Source: Aplysia californica (Eukaryota). From it: a stretch of DNA of 64,000 nucleotides. Shown one piece after another: positions 42,101 through 55,081 of this stretch. The translations under genes were made by a program, and so were the position numbers. The stretch is taken from positions 12,414 to 76,413 of the forward strand of contig NW_004798561.1 in assembly GCF_000002075.1 (NCBI RefSeq), read 5' to 3'. A model generated the notes under the pieces. It was given only the letters and a program-made list of their open reading frames with translations, ran no database searches and had not been told where the DNA came from. Position 1 is the first letter of the stretch. Each line of letters opens with the position of its first letter.

Positions 42101-45100
42101 GTCTCTCGTTACAAGAATGAAGATTTACATTGCTACTTCGTATAGATTGTGAAACGCAGAGAGTCTGCTGTTGAGCGGAGATTTGCGCTATACAAATGCC
42201 ATCTATTATGTTCTTCTCTGGTAATTGCTTTGTATCTTCAGAGATCAAAAACAGAGAAGAGAGATCTCAGCAGTTTTTTGGCACCAACTTGAGTCCTGAC
42301 TCGGGCCTGATGGCAGACAGCATGGGAATGGACAGCGATGTCATGTATGATAAGGTAACAGTATTGCTGGCTTTAGTTTAGTGTTTACGGTGCCCACCAA
42401 AGAATGGACAGCGATGTCATGTATGATAATGTACAGTCCGTGTCGGCTTTAAGCACGCCGGCCTTAAGCATGTTTCGGACTCAAGCACGCTAAACGGCTC
42501 TTACCGAATTTTTGCTATATAAATCACACGCCTTTTAGCACGGTAACTTCGGCTTCAAGCACGCTTCATTTACAAGACAGTCAATATTTTCATGATGACC
42601 CCTCGAAGTTCGAACACAGTCTACACCGCAGCAGTGGAGTGTGTCAAGAGAAACACAAAGAACGCAAGTGATGGACACACACACTCAGAGGAAGGCAGAG
42701 AGATGCACACAGCCGTGCGCGCGGACATAGGATCTAGTCTAGGCCTAGGGCAAAGCTACACATGACCAAAAAAAAAAAAAATACAAAGAGAGTCGGGGAG
42801 ACGAGAAAGGGAGGCTGGCTGCGATTTCACCTTTGACCCTCGCTATCCATTAATCCTGATTGTGTATCACACGCGAAGTGGGATGAAGGCGATGGTATGA
42901 GTGGCACAGCGGGCAGTGGTACGCACAGGCAGTGTGTTACAGTAGGCATAGTGTGCTGTATCATGACTGGCCGTCTAAATTAAGTTTTCATTTCCCATTC
43001 GACCACAAAACAAAAACAAACAAGCGAACAAAAACTACCATGGCGGGTGGCTAAATAACTGCACACTTTTGCGGGACCGCTATAGGCCTACTTACAAACA
43101 AAGGGAAATAGCACGGGGAATTTTCTACATGAAAATCTCTGGATTATGTCTACTTCGCACTTAGGCATGCTTCGGCTTTAAGCACGCTTAAGCTTTCTCC
43201 CTATGACCGTGCTTAAAGCCGGCATGGACTGTAACAGTATTGCTGGCTTTAGTTTAGTGTACCCTGTTAGCAGTGCTCACCGAAGAGTCAAGCTTTCTCA
43301 CAACCTGTGAGTGGTAGAAATATCACGTTACAAGTGTTATTGAGATTGTTGCTGCTGTACACACTTTATAGTACTAATTTCTGTCCTATTTTTCTTGAAT
43401 TCTTTTAAATAGCTCTGTGACATTTCATAGTAATAATAATTTTTTTAGGTTAATTCTAAATTGTATGCTGCCAGGATGTGCGTTTGATGTGGGAATGACA
43501 GTTTTGATAAGTTTCCAACTCGTGTGAGTTGTATGTGCAATCCTTTGTGTACTAACTATGTGGTACTTTTGATTTATACTTTTATGATTATATGTTTAAT
43601 TTTATCTCTCTAAACCATTTCTTAATGTATTAGCTTGTGGAGCCTCAGGCATCCACCATCTTTTTCTTGTATTGTCTTTTGTTTTTAAAAATTTGTCGAA
43701 GTCTAAGGTCCATCTTTCCTGGAGTCTATTGTATATGGCTAGATTCTTCTTCGTTGCTCACAAATATGAGTTTGATTTTCCTGATGGGAAAGTTTTATTT
43801 CCTCAAATGTCGCCTGCCTTTGTCACTTTCTGTAGGGCTTCTGCATCTCGCTCTGCTATGGTTGTGTCAATAGGGGAATAAAATATTTATGATTAATCTA
43901 TTAGCAGTGATGTTGTTGTTATCGATCCCTCTCACCCTTCTATCCAATGCCATGTAGTGATAAGTGCAGGATTGCTGCAGTTGCTGTAATGTTCCATAGA
44001 GTGTGTTGTCAATGTTAGGTCTCGGAGGGAGAAGGGATCAGCGGTGATGGAAATGTAACTTCAGGGGGTATCTTTCACGAGGGATGGGAGATATATCGAT
44101 GGTAAATTTAAGAGAAGAGTTGAACTGATTATTCTCACATTGATCTTCACGATTTGGTTTTGGTTTCAGCACTTTCAAAAAATTAAAGTCCCTGATACCG
44201 TATGAGTTCTACGTTTTTTTAAATGTTTGTCTTCCGTCGTCAGGGCTTCACGTCTGCTCAGATGCAGCTGGTGGACGACAACAGTGAGTTTGTCCAGCAT
44301 CGAGAGAAAGAAGTGGCCTGCATTGTCCGGTCCATCACAGATCTCAATGAAATCTTCAAAGATTTAGCCTCAATGATTGTAGATCAGGTTTGTCGTTTTT
44401 ACCTCATTATTTTAGTACTTTGCGACCTGAGTGCTTTCTTCTCGTATCTCCATTTTTAATAACAGTGAAAACAGTTCATGACAAAGAGTGAGCTTAAGAA
44501 GGAGTCACACTTTCATTGTTAAAAAAATGGAGATACGACAAGGAAGCTCTGAGGTTACGACTTGATGGATCAAGATTATTTTGTTTAATGTTGACTGCTT
44601 TGAAATGGACCATTTTAGGGGGGGGTGGTAGTATTTTGAATCTTATATCATTACATGCACTTGCTGTACAAATGTTGGTATTAATTTTAAAGATGAAACA
44701 AGAATATAATTTGGTGAGGAATCAAAATATATGCTCTTTATAGAAAGTGTTGTATCCACATTGTTTTAGTGCTGTATTAAAGTTTTGTGGAGGTACAGCT
44801 GCATGCAGTGAATTATTTTTTTAAGGGGGAGGGAAGATGGATTTCTCTAACTTACTATATTGTATATCAGTAGTCATGACGATGATGAGGGAATTTCCTT
44901 GTTTTTTTTCAATTTTTTATATTTTAAAAATTTTTGTGTCTGTTGTATATTTTGTGGGTGGTTGGCGGATGCTCTGGTGGGGTTTGTTCCTTCTTTCTTA
45001 TCAAACTTCTATTGTCCTTATCTCCTTATCATTGTTACTCTCTTGTATCACCCACAAATCTTCAGCACTTAAATGATGTAATCATATTCAAAGTGCTGTA

Positions 45101-45398
45101 AAACTCTTACTTAGCGTTGTGTATTTCAGTTAGTGATAATTTGAAGCTGTTTCCTGAGGGATGGCATTCACACCAATACAAAAAGTGAAATATTGTCATT
45201 TTGTTATCTCGACAGGGCACAATCCTGGACCGAATTGACTACAACATCGACAACGCAGCCACCCAAACAGAAAAAGGTTTAGTCCAGTTGCAGAAAGCTG
45301 AAAAGTATCAAAAGAAAAACCGCAAGATGATGTGTATTCTGATACTTGCAGCCGTCATCATCGTCCTCCTCATCATTCTCATCGCTGTGAAAAGCTAG
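36056..45398 (+). CDS. STX16: Syntaxin-16 (TGN Qa-SNARE), complete 8-exon CDS, about 312 aa
   Basis: Exons 36056-36136, 38250-38344, 39525-39577, 40088-40194, 40709-40871, 42242-42354, 44244-44387, 45216-45398, all GT-AG and phase-consistent. N-peptide [34 protein letters not shown] motif [34 protein letters not shown]-terminal TM helix. Confidence 0.96.
38250..38344 (+). CDS. STX16: STX16 exon 2
   Basis: ttttcag|ACT GCA GAT GAC...GAT TG|gtgagt; [19 protein letters not shown]...LPPDW. Confidence 0.88.
38497..39310. repeat. 45-bp minisatellite, about 18 near-perfect copies, STX16 intron 2
   Basis: Unit ctctagataacatctactggaggtcacttcattcggacattttaa. Confidence 0.95.
39525..39577 (+). CDS. STX16: STX16 exon 3
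   Basis: ccccag|G ATT GAC...AAA A|gtgagt; [17 protein letters not shown]. Confidence 0.88.
40088..40194 (+). CDS. STX16: STX16 exon 4
   Basis: ttgcag|TG AAA GAG...ACA CAG|gtgctg; [19 protein letters not shown]...QQITQ. Confidence 0.93.
40709..40871 (+). CDS. STX16: STX16 exon 5
   Basis: ccccag|ATG TTT TCC...AGA A|gtcagt; [11 protein letters not shown]...[10 protein letters not shown]. Confidence 0.92.
40910..41294 (-). mobile_element. 5'-truncated RTE-clade LINE in STX16 intron 5
   Basis: [51 protein letters not shown], short-repeat tail, 126-bp flanking direct repeats. Confidence 0.88.
42242..42354 (+). CDS. STX16: STX16 exon 6
   Basis: cttcag|AG ATC AAA...GAT AAG|gtaaca; [12 protein letters not shown]...DVMYDK. 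Confidence 0.9.
42434..43231. mobile_element. Tc1/mariner(pogo)-type MITE in STX16 intron 6
   Basis: TA|CAGTCCGTGTCGGCTTTAAGCACG ... CGTGCTTAAAGCCGGCATGGACTG|TA. Confidence 0.88.
44244..44387 (+). CDS. STX16: STX16 exon 7
   Basis: cgtcag|GGC TTC...GAT CAG|gtttgt; [13 protein letters not shown]...MIVDQ. Confidence 0.93.
45216..45398 (+). CDS. STX16: STX16 exon 8 (SNARE end and TM anchor)
   Basis: gacag|GGC ACA ATC...TAG; [11 protein letters not shown]...[23 protein letters not shown]. Confidence 0.95.
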   Translation, partial: GTILDRIDYNIDNAATQTEKGLVQLQKAEKYQKKNRKMMCILILAAVIIVLLIILIAVKS

Positions 45399-45437
45399 CG
45401 AATGCTCAGAACTCTGTGATATTATTTTATAGCACGT

Positions 45438-45475
<38 letters not shown>

Positions 45476-45561
45476 TGGCATGTATAATTGTGTTATTGTG
45501 AGGTTTTGTTAGTGTTTGTTGGATTCATTGTTCTTGTTGCCTTCCTGTGTATGATAAAGTT

Positions 45562-46407
45562 GTGAGCGTGCCTGGTGAAAGGGACCAGAAGACGCATTTT
45601 GAAAAAATCTGGGTTTTTTTGCATTTTCATGTACAGAGATCATTTCTGAATAATATGCTTTTTGAATTTTAAAGATATCTTCTGTAGTTTTTGAGATGTG
45701 GGTGATTTTGTAAGGCAGGGTATGAAAACCAAAGTTTTGAGAAAAACGGCTTTAAAGTTTCCCCTTTGTTTCTGCTTGAAATAGACAGATCTACGCTTCG
45801 AGACGACCTGACAACACATTCATTACTCACAAACCAACTTTAAAAAGCAGTTAAAACAAAAGAACAGCTTTAAAGTGTTTATATTACGTCTTCAAAACAA
45901 ATTCACCACCACCTTGAGCAAGAGTTTTCAAGAAATAGATCTAGGTTTGCGCAGGGCAGAAAAATTGCGACGCAAGTTTGCTCTCCGAAAAGGCGAAAGG
46001 GTGTGGATGCGCAAAGCTTCGCTTTGTTTATATGTTCTAGATATTCATGCGCACAACCCGCTATTAGAGAGGGGAGAGAATGACCTAGATTTTGGTGTGC
46101 AATGTGATTGGGTCGACTTTATGAATGGACAAGAGAAATCATCCGCAGGGTGTACTCGGAAAACCAATTTTCTCGCGCATTTTGGGGGGGATTATGCAAT
46201 ATAACTCGTGTTAAAAAACGTCTTTAAAAATGTATTTAAAAGTCGAAGAAACTCAAGTCCTTAACTAAATGTCGATATATTAATGGCTAAAGAATCCATT
46301 TTTAATGGAACTTAGTTTTTGTCAAAAATTCTATTTTTGACCTTTGAAGCCTGATATCTCGGTTCGAATAAATGTGTCTTCTGGTCCCTTTCACAAGGCA
46401 CGCACAC
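45562..46407. mobile_element. Non-autonomous DNA transposon with ~38-bp TIRs and a 4-bp TSD, just 3' of the STX16 stop
   Basis: AGTT|GTGAGCGTGCCTGGTGAAAGGGACCAGAAGACGCATTT ... AAATGTGTCTTCTGGTCCCTTTCACAAGGCACGCACAC|AGTT. Confidence 0.82.
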
Positions 46408-49400
46408 AGTTTACTGTCACAGAAAGGGGGTCTAGTGAGCTAGAGTTTTGCATTTAAGGAAAGATGGTAGTGACAATTGTTAAAATCTTCAAGTTCAACA
46501 GTTTGCCATTTATTTTTCTAATCAATTTTTGGGGGGTGAAATAGGTGATCTGGTGCGTTGAGTGAAATGTGAGCTGTTCATTTTATTGAATCTGTTACGC
46601 CAGTGTAGGTGTTATCAACTTGTAATGTTGTGGATGCTTTAAAAAATTTGTCCCTTGTTTTTGAGCATGTGAGTCATTAGGGTGTTAAAGGGAATACCTA
46701 TCTTTGGACATTTAGAAAGTGTTCTGCAGAGAACATTTAGGATGTTTTTTTGAGTAATGCTAATTTGAAGGGAAGGAAAAGTTTGTTAGCCGGCATTCTC
46801 AACGTAAGAAGATAATACAAAAGATAAACAGCATTATTTGGAAATAAATCCAAAACTAGTGAACAGAACTAAGGGTGAAATGCTAGGAAAAGATGAGCGT
46901 TACCCGTATCTTTCTGTACCTTCCTTAGGTCTGCTAGTGCTCCAAATTGTTCTTCTTTTAGTCTGATGTTTGTGCGTATAAGCTGCTTTCGTCTCGGTCT
47001 TGACTTGACCTCTGTACTGCGCGTCGTCTGCCTAGCACTGTGTTGTTTGAGCCCACCTATTACTTGAACAATATTCCCATACGATGTCACCTTTGTGTGT
47101 GTAACCCGTTTTGTTATTTGGTGTCCTTGTTGTGTTTATGAAGACGGAGCGTAGAGCGGACCCAATCTTAGGATACTTTTACAGTTGTCCTTCTCTACCC
47201 TGAGGGTACTAATGAGGTCACTGTTAAAACTAAGTCACTGAATTTGGACTGCTGTACAAAGGTTCTGTGCGCAGTGCAAAAAACAAGTGATGGTCAGCTG
47301 AAATATAACGTCCGAAATTTTCTGTTATCTTGAATTTGTTAGTAATGTTAGTTATATTTGAAAGAGTTGAAAGAGTAGATAAACCTCTGATGCACTTCCT
47401 GTTGGATGAACGGCTTCTGTTGATTGCCTCATTTAGCTTTTCTAGCTCGGTGACTCGTTCTTGTTAATCTCCACTCATAGTATCAGTTAGGTTATATTGA
47501 CTTTCAATTTTGGCTTCTATTTGCGTGGGTGAAGTCTACTTGTACTTGTGTTGATGCAGTTGTGGGATGTATGGCTGGAAGATTCACGGAGGATGGACCG
47601 TCTGTCTAGGAGAATTGCTCCTATAGGATTCTTTTTCTACTGTGGGGCCGCACGTTTCTTTCAGTGTTATCATGCCTATTTAGGGACTCTCACACCCCTT
47701 ATTTATACTGCACAAATGCTTTGGTGTGAAGGGTGTCGGAGATATGTTCAAGAAAGGCTAATGTGACAATGGTGTGCTTGGTTGTAATCCTGTACAACTG
47801 AAGAGTTCTTTCTGGGATGACTTGACATCTCTTTCTAAACTGAGTTTTCTGTTGTTGAGGCAGTGCTAGCTAGCAAAGCTGTGAGTTTTCCGTGGTAGGA
47901 AAGTTGGCAAGATTTCTTAATTAAGTGTTGATGGAGAGGAAAGGTGCAACTTTTCTAAGTTTCCAAAGTTCTCCCTGTGTAGGTGTTACCACTGCTATAA
48001 CTGAATGCTCATTGCAGATAAATAAAGGTACAAGTATGTGGAAAAAGCTTCTCATTTTGAAAATATTGCAGTGAATGTTTCAAGGTTGTTTTTTTCCTTT
48101 ATATCCCAGTGAGAGGCTAACATCAAATTGCTAGCGTTTCGTTGAAATTTTGAAATTATTTTTTCAGGTTTATAGAGCATCAGTTCACGTTTTACGCTAG
48201 TGTAACGCAAGTATAATCATTTGTAATGTTTTTCTGTAACGCACTTATAATCATTAATTGTAATGTATTTCTGTATTCACCTGTGAGAAATTCAATGAAA
48301 TCATGAGACTGAACAGTTTTTCGGGGAAGGGGGTTCTCATGTCGTGTTTGAAGAAATAGCATGATTGATGTGACCCAAAACAGTCTTACTTAACTTTGGC
48401 TGTGTGCAATAGGTGAAATCAATGGCCAGTAGTAGGTGGTTCTTGTGATGCTTTTCGTCTGGATACTCGTTCAAGCGAGTACCAGATCTTGCTAATTATA
48501 TTGTCTGATGCTGCCAGTCTCGGATGATTGTGTGTGGTGAGAGCTGTATGTTAACTGTGATGTCAAGGACCACACGATATCGACACTGGTGCTCAGTCGT
48601 GAGTCTGTGGTTTTGTTTATAATGCTGTGCAAATGTTGCCGAGTTGTCCCACTGGTTTTCTTCAGTAATCAAGAGATTATAAGTTTCAGTGTTCTTGACG
48701 AGCAAAGTCTCTTGATTCTTTATTGAATTTGCCTTGTGCATCATGCGTACAAATTGTTATGTATTTATTTTCATAAAGCGATTAATTTTTTTTCTCCAAA
48801 TGACAACATTCTTCACTTTCATTTTGTTTTCCCTTTAAAATTTGAATGGGCTATGCAGTCTTTTCAGCTTTCCGTCTTTTCATTCCAGTCTATGACAGAC
48901 ATTCCACTCATTCTGAAATGTTCTCTCTCACTTTCCGTCATTAATCCTTTTTTGTTTGTGTAAATCTGTGATAATGTAAAGAAGTGTGTCCATTGATAGA
49001 TATGTTTTTTAACCCTGTCCGTACGTCGTGTTTTATTATCGTATCCATACGACGTGGGGAATTCTGTGCCACCACTTTCCGAAGCTAAAATGTGAAAAAT
49101 ACAACCCCATGGGTACAAAATGACCCCAGGGCGTACAGGTAGGGTTAAATTGATAGAAGCTTCTCTTCTTTTTTGTCTGCTAGTCGATCGTTTTATGTTA
49201 GAGGCCTGTACTAAAAGTAATTTGCTCTGATATAGATGTGAAAGGTCAAAAAGTAAAGACAGAAATATATGTTTGTGGATGGGGATGGTCATTGTTGATA
49301 GATATTTTCTAATGAGGATTTCAGTAAGTTGCTTAGTTTAGCATTAAAAAGGGGTTATCGTAACATAACATAGCAGAGAGGAATTCAGTTCCTCAGGATT

Positions 49401-51427
49401 ATCTTTAATCATTATAAGTCGCTCTCTTTATTTTTCAAATGTTTTAAGAAGCTGAGTAGGATGCTTTGGTGCACACACACCCCCCCCCCCCTGGAAAATA
49501 TGTTTCATACTTCAAATATTAGCAGTCGTTGTGAAGTTCTTTGTGGTTTTATGACATGCAGTCCTGTCCATTTCCTGCTTGTATTAGTTATATTCCTCCT
49601 GAAAGGAACAATTATACATGGGTGCGTTTTTTGTCCTCTGCTGGTTTGCTTCTGACTTTTTTGTTTGACAAGATTAGACCAAAATTTGAGTGCTTTCAAT
49701 GCAGTGAAGTCTCTCCAGGCTGTAAAATAGTCATAGGTTTCCAGGTACGTTAGGACTTGTCATTTGTAATTCAACCTTCACTTTTTTAAATGCAGAAGTT
49801 TAGCTGGCTATGGTGCAGGTGACTATGTGTTGAATCCTTAGTAGGCTGTTTTTTAGCTGAGGTAGTCTGTGAGTTTTCAGGGTTCTTCACACTCACTTGG
49901 CTTGGTCCTATCAGGGGCCAAAGGCCAGCCCCATAAAAGATAATTACATTGCTGATGTGTATAAAGGCCATACAAGTACCAAGTATGTGTTTGCAATGTT
50001 TCTGTTCATACAGAGAGTTTTGTCCTGGGTGGTTGGCGGGTGCTCTGGTATGGTTTACTTCTTTCTTATCAAACATCTGTCGTCTTTATCTCCCCTCCTT
50101 CTTTTTTGTGTTTGTTGCTCTCTTGTAAAACCTCTAATCTTCGGCACTATATGACCTTATTGTGTTGCAAATGCCGTAAAACTCTTACCTACTAAAACTA
50201 AAGAGAGTTTTGTCTGCAGAGAAGGGAATCTTTTCTTCATATGGAAATGTGTGTCGCCCAGATGTGATGGACGTCAACACATTGGCTAGTGGTGGGTTCT
50301 ACGTGTGTAAAGTTTACGTAATACAAGAGACTGGGATTAGAATCTGGCAAAGCTGGGATTTTGTTTCTGTTTGTGTATCTCTTGTTTGTTTGTTGGTACC
50401 GGTACACTGGTGACTGACATCAGTGGACCAAGTTCCCCTTTCTTTCATTTTTTATCTATATGAAAGAAATCTGTTGTGAAGTTGTTGTATGGTTTTGTGT
50501 TTGTCCATTGTGTTCAAAATGGCCTAGTCATCGAGATGAACCTGTTCTTGACACTTTGCTTCTTGCTCTGTGTTACTTATTCTATGTACATGCCAGTGAT
50601 AAACGAGTCACTGATAGGTTGCAAAGGAAACAAAAGGAACATGTTGTTACGCTATTTTGTTTTTTGGGGAGATATTTTTGCCTTTAAAAAAGAGAAGGAT
50701 TCAATTTACATGTTTATGGACATGTATGGTTGTTGAAAAAAGTCATCTCAGATTCAGTCTTGTGGAAGGCAGTCACAAAGCTTCCCTTGAAACAAATAGC
50801 TGTTGGGTACTTTTGAAGAATTGTTGTCCAGTCAGATTAAGAGGTGTAATGTTGGTGCCCCTATCGGTAGTTTTCATTGAACACGAAAGTACCACAAGAT
50901 CTCTCCTAAAGACATGAGTGCTGTGAACGTGCCAGTGGAGGTGAAGGTGCAGAGGTCAAAGTTCCCTCTTTTTGTCTCCTTTGAGTTGAAACATTTCTTA
51001 CTCATTTTTTTGGGGGGGTGAAGTTTAGAGTAGAGTCATTTGAAAGGCTTATTTAATATATTGTTATATCTTGTCTTTGTTTATTTCTGTCTGTAGTTTA
51101 AGTTTAATTTTAACGTGCTGCACATGTTTGCTCAAGTCTCGGTCTCAGCTTGGTTTTTTTTTGGTTGTATTTTTGTCCCCCAGATACTGTTTGTGCTTGA
51201 GTGTGTTGTGTCAGTGTGCCACTCTGAGAAAGTCTAACCGATGAACTTAATGTCATGTGCAATATAATAATGATTAAATGTGCTGGTACTCATGGTGAAG
51301 AAAACCGTTCTCATGTTTCCCTGTGTGTCGTTTTGTACAGTGAGCAAGCAGGCTAGGGGAGCACAAAATTTGTTTCCTGTTTCCGGAGGGGAAGCTGCGC
51401 TGAGGTTTTACTGGGCTTGTAAAATCC

Positions 51428-51561
51428 CAACCTCAGTGCTTTCTTGTCGTATCTCCATTTTTAATAAGTGAAAATAGTTCATATCAAAGAGTGAGCGTGA
51501 GAAGGAGTCACTTATTCAATGTTTAAAAAAATGGAGATACGACAAGAAAGCACTGAGGTTG
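51428..51561. mobile_element. ~133-bp hairpin MITE (second copy about 44424-44557)
   Basis: ~35-bp TIR CAACCTCAGTGCTTTCTTGTCGTATCTCCATTTTT and its reverse complement. Confidence 0.78.
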
Positions 51562-54364
51562 CGAAATAGTGAATCTTTAATGAGTTATTGTAGTATTATG
51601 GTTTCATCTTTATCAGTCAGCAAAAGTTCCATCAAAAGTTTCTATTGTATTCTCCTTCCGAAGTACTTCAAGGTGATAATATGTTCACTTTATGAAATTA
51701 ATTTTTGGGATTTGAATACATCTTTTGGAACAGAATACATCACCGTTCTTGAAAATTTAGTCTGTTAAACTTGAATGCTACCTCAGGAAAAAATTCATTA
51801 AAAATTTTCTAATTCGTTTAGGAAAAAAACAACAGACAAATTTTTAGATCTAATGTTTGTGAACACGCATGCAAAAAAACAATCAATTTCCATGGGCGAT
51901 AAGTGCGGTATTCATTACGTAAGACATGTCAATAAAATCCAATATGGCGGCGCATCCATGGAAACGAAACTTTTTTCTCAAATTTGACTGCGGATTGTAA
52001 GACTCCTTACTATGCTTGTTATATGTGTGAAATTTGGTAAAATTCGGTCCAGTAATAAGCGAGATAGCCTCCAGGTGTAGCCCCCCCCCCCCCTTAAGGT
52101 GAAGAAATCACCTTTATTAACCAAATATACAGATATGTTCAATGTCTTGGGAGTACAAGGAGCTGAGAATAGAACTGACTGATTTCCATCAGTTCATCTG
52201 TATGATGGCATGGTCAATCCTGTAGTTTAGTGGAGGGGGGGGGGGGTTATTCTTTAATGGAAATATTGAGGCGCATTGCTTTTGGCAATTTAGTTTTCCA
52301 ATTTCCTCAGGGGTTTGCTTGTTTTGTTTCAAAGAATGTTGCTTTTTTGCAGTTAGAAAACGCACAATACAATCAGAAAGATGGAATGGTGACTTCCTGG
52401 GACATATATATATCTAAACTGGCGTGCTTACAAAATGAGTTACTTCTCGGATTCGAAACCTTTGGAAATAGATACATCACCCTTATAGGTGAAGTTTTTA
52501 TCATTTATAAGTATGAAATAATAAATGGCATGTTATAGTCTATGAATATGGCATCAATAGATATTCTATAAATTTCACCTTAGTGTCAATTTTTGGCCAA
52601 CATCTCTATTTGTGGATTGCGAGAAGTAACTCATTTTGTCAGCACGTCTCACAAATATTTACACTGGCTTGCTTGCTCAGTGGCCGTAGTCAGATTTGCT
52701 TGTGATACATTTTTCTTCAGACTGGTGTGTGTTGGGCTCATAACGCTAACCTACATGTATGTGTATATTCTCAGCTTATTAGAATATGACCTGTTAACGA
52801 GTTATTGTATGTTGTAAACATATAATATATATAGATGATTATGATAATTATGCTTTTTTTATGTTCTTCAGCAAAAGAAAGCAAAACTTTATTTTGCCAA
52901 GATTGGTTCCCAAATTTAGTGGGGGTTGTTTTCAGGTGTGTTTTTTAAAGCCTATTAATTAGAAACATAATGTATTTGACTTTTATGGTCTGTTACAGTG
53001 GCTTATATAAGTCCATGCCATGTTAAGTATTGGGCATTCCCTATATATGTACTCAGATGAGATTTTTAAGCTCCTTTTTCAGTTTTCAGCTCATGTTATT
53101 TATATATAATGTATCACGTAGACTTAAGTATTGTACCTCCGACAATGGCAAATCAAGTGGAATTCTGTGGCCTTCGTCCTCAGCTTATTTATCTCCCTTT
53201 TGCTTACTCATCACACAGCAATAGAGTGCAATAGTGGGTGGTTGGCAGATGCTCTGGTGGGGTTTGCTACTTCTTCCTTATCACACATCTATCATCCTTG
53301 TCTCTTGTCCTTCTTCTTTTTTGTGTTCGTTACTTTCTAGTAACACTTCTTAATCTTTGGCACTCGATTACCTTATTTTGTTACAAGTGCCGTAAAATTC
53401 TTACTGAAACCAAAAGCGTGCAATACTGACTAGGCAAAGATTGGAAGTGTGGTTAGTCTGTTTCTGTTTTGGTTTCTGTGGCTGAATGACAAGTATGTTG
53501 GGGTCACATAAGTACGTGCATTTCGCCACGTTGGACGTTGATTTGCTTGATTTGCCTTTTTCTGCATTTGTGTCCCTGTGTTTCTGGTTTTGGGAAGATT
53601 CGACCGCTGTTATAGTATAATAGTACATGTAGAGGCAAGCACCTCTGTCCCAATGTCTGCTGTAAGAGAACTTATTTACTATACATTAGAAGAGATGGGA
53701 CGCTGGGATTTATGATAAACCGGAGCCTGCTATAGTCGAATTTCTGTACTCACCGTCGTTGTTATAAGTGGGGCCCACTGTAAAACTAAACTCACACCAA
53801 AAGTGGTGTATTACGAAGATTCTTCTTTTTTTTTTTTGACTGTTATTAAATTATTAAGAGTTGTGTGCGGAGTGTATGAATGCATTGCAAGTAACTTGTT
53901 GAGATCATATCAAATTATTGAAGTGTCCTCAATTTTCTTATTTGTTACTTGTGATTATCTGAATGTATGTTTGTTTATTGGTTATTAAGTATGTTCCTGA
54001 GAATACGTGTCTGTACTTTTGTCAAATGAATTAATGTGATTGTTTGTGGGAGAGAAAGAAAGAGAGAAAGGAAAGGATAGAAGGGGATTGGATGAGACAT
54101 GCTCACACTCCCACACATATGACGCAGACAGACAGGAGTGACAGAAAGACTGACCGGCTGACACATAGAGACTTGACTGACAGAGATGAGAAATTTATTG
54201 TATTCTGTATTTTGATTCATGAATTCACTGAGTAATAGTGAGTCTTAAGATTGTATTACTATTACTCTTACAATTGTGTATGTCATAAGTATTGTAATAT
54301 ACCATAATGTGGGTGATTAAAAAGAAGAATCAAACAGTGTGTTAAGTACTAGTGTTATTTGCAT

Positions 54365-54611
54365 AATTGGTCGCTTTTAAGGACAAGCGGGCTAACCCAG
54401 ATTTCGGGGGTTTCCAGAAATCTTTACCTACACCAAAAGTGGGCATTGCCCTACCTCTAGGAGAAGTTTGGTTTCATTGGTGTGTATATTTGTTTTGTTA
54501 TAGAGAAAACTCTCCTTGTCTTTCTTTGAACAAGGGGCAAAAAGTTTACCTTCGATTTTCTCAAAACAGCATTTTTCGAGATGGCCCCCTTGTGCTTAAA
54601 AGCTACCAATT
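54365..54611. mobile_element. ~245-bp MITE family (copies 5137-5380, 11932-12182)
   Basis: TIR AATTGGTCGCTTTTAAG / CTTAAAAGCTACCAATT; three aligned copies in both orientations. Confidence 0.8.
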
Positions 54612-55081
54612 AGCCTTTCCCTTTTTATCCAGGTCTTGTTTCTAAACGTAATGGTATCAGTTTTAAAAAAAATGTATTTTCCATCGTGGCGACGTATTAG
54701 ATCGCCCAGATCAGAGACAGCAGATAGAGAGCTCTCCTTGGTGGCCTATACCCCGTAGAAGGGTGAAAGAGAGAAATGATAATGATGACTTTACCCAGTT
54801 GACTCCACTTTTACTGAACTCGCTTGAGTTGATCTTCGGTTATGTTGATCTTTTCTCTTGGCTCCCAGCAACTCGTTTTCTGTATAGTAGGCCTATACTT
54901 TACCTTTGGTTAAGTTACCCTCGGATGAATTGATTTGTTTTTCCCCTCCCCCGGCGACATCAACTCATCTGTAGTCGATTGTATCATTAGCGCCTCGCAG
55001 TGCCACTGAAACGTGTTGCAAGTAAGCTTGAGTGAACACAATCAGTGAAGCCATTACATGTATATATAGTTATCTGATTTC

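Noticed and set aside
43390-44100. Possible old LINE remnant on the minus strand (also 47400-47830)
   Set aside because: Composition is suggestive, but no RT or endonuclease motif could be read with confidence.
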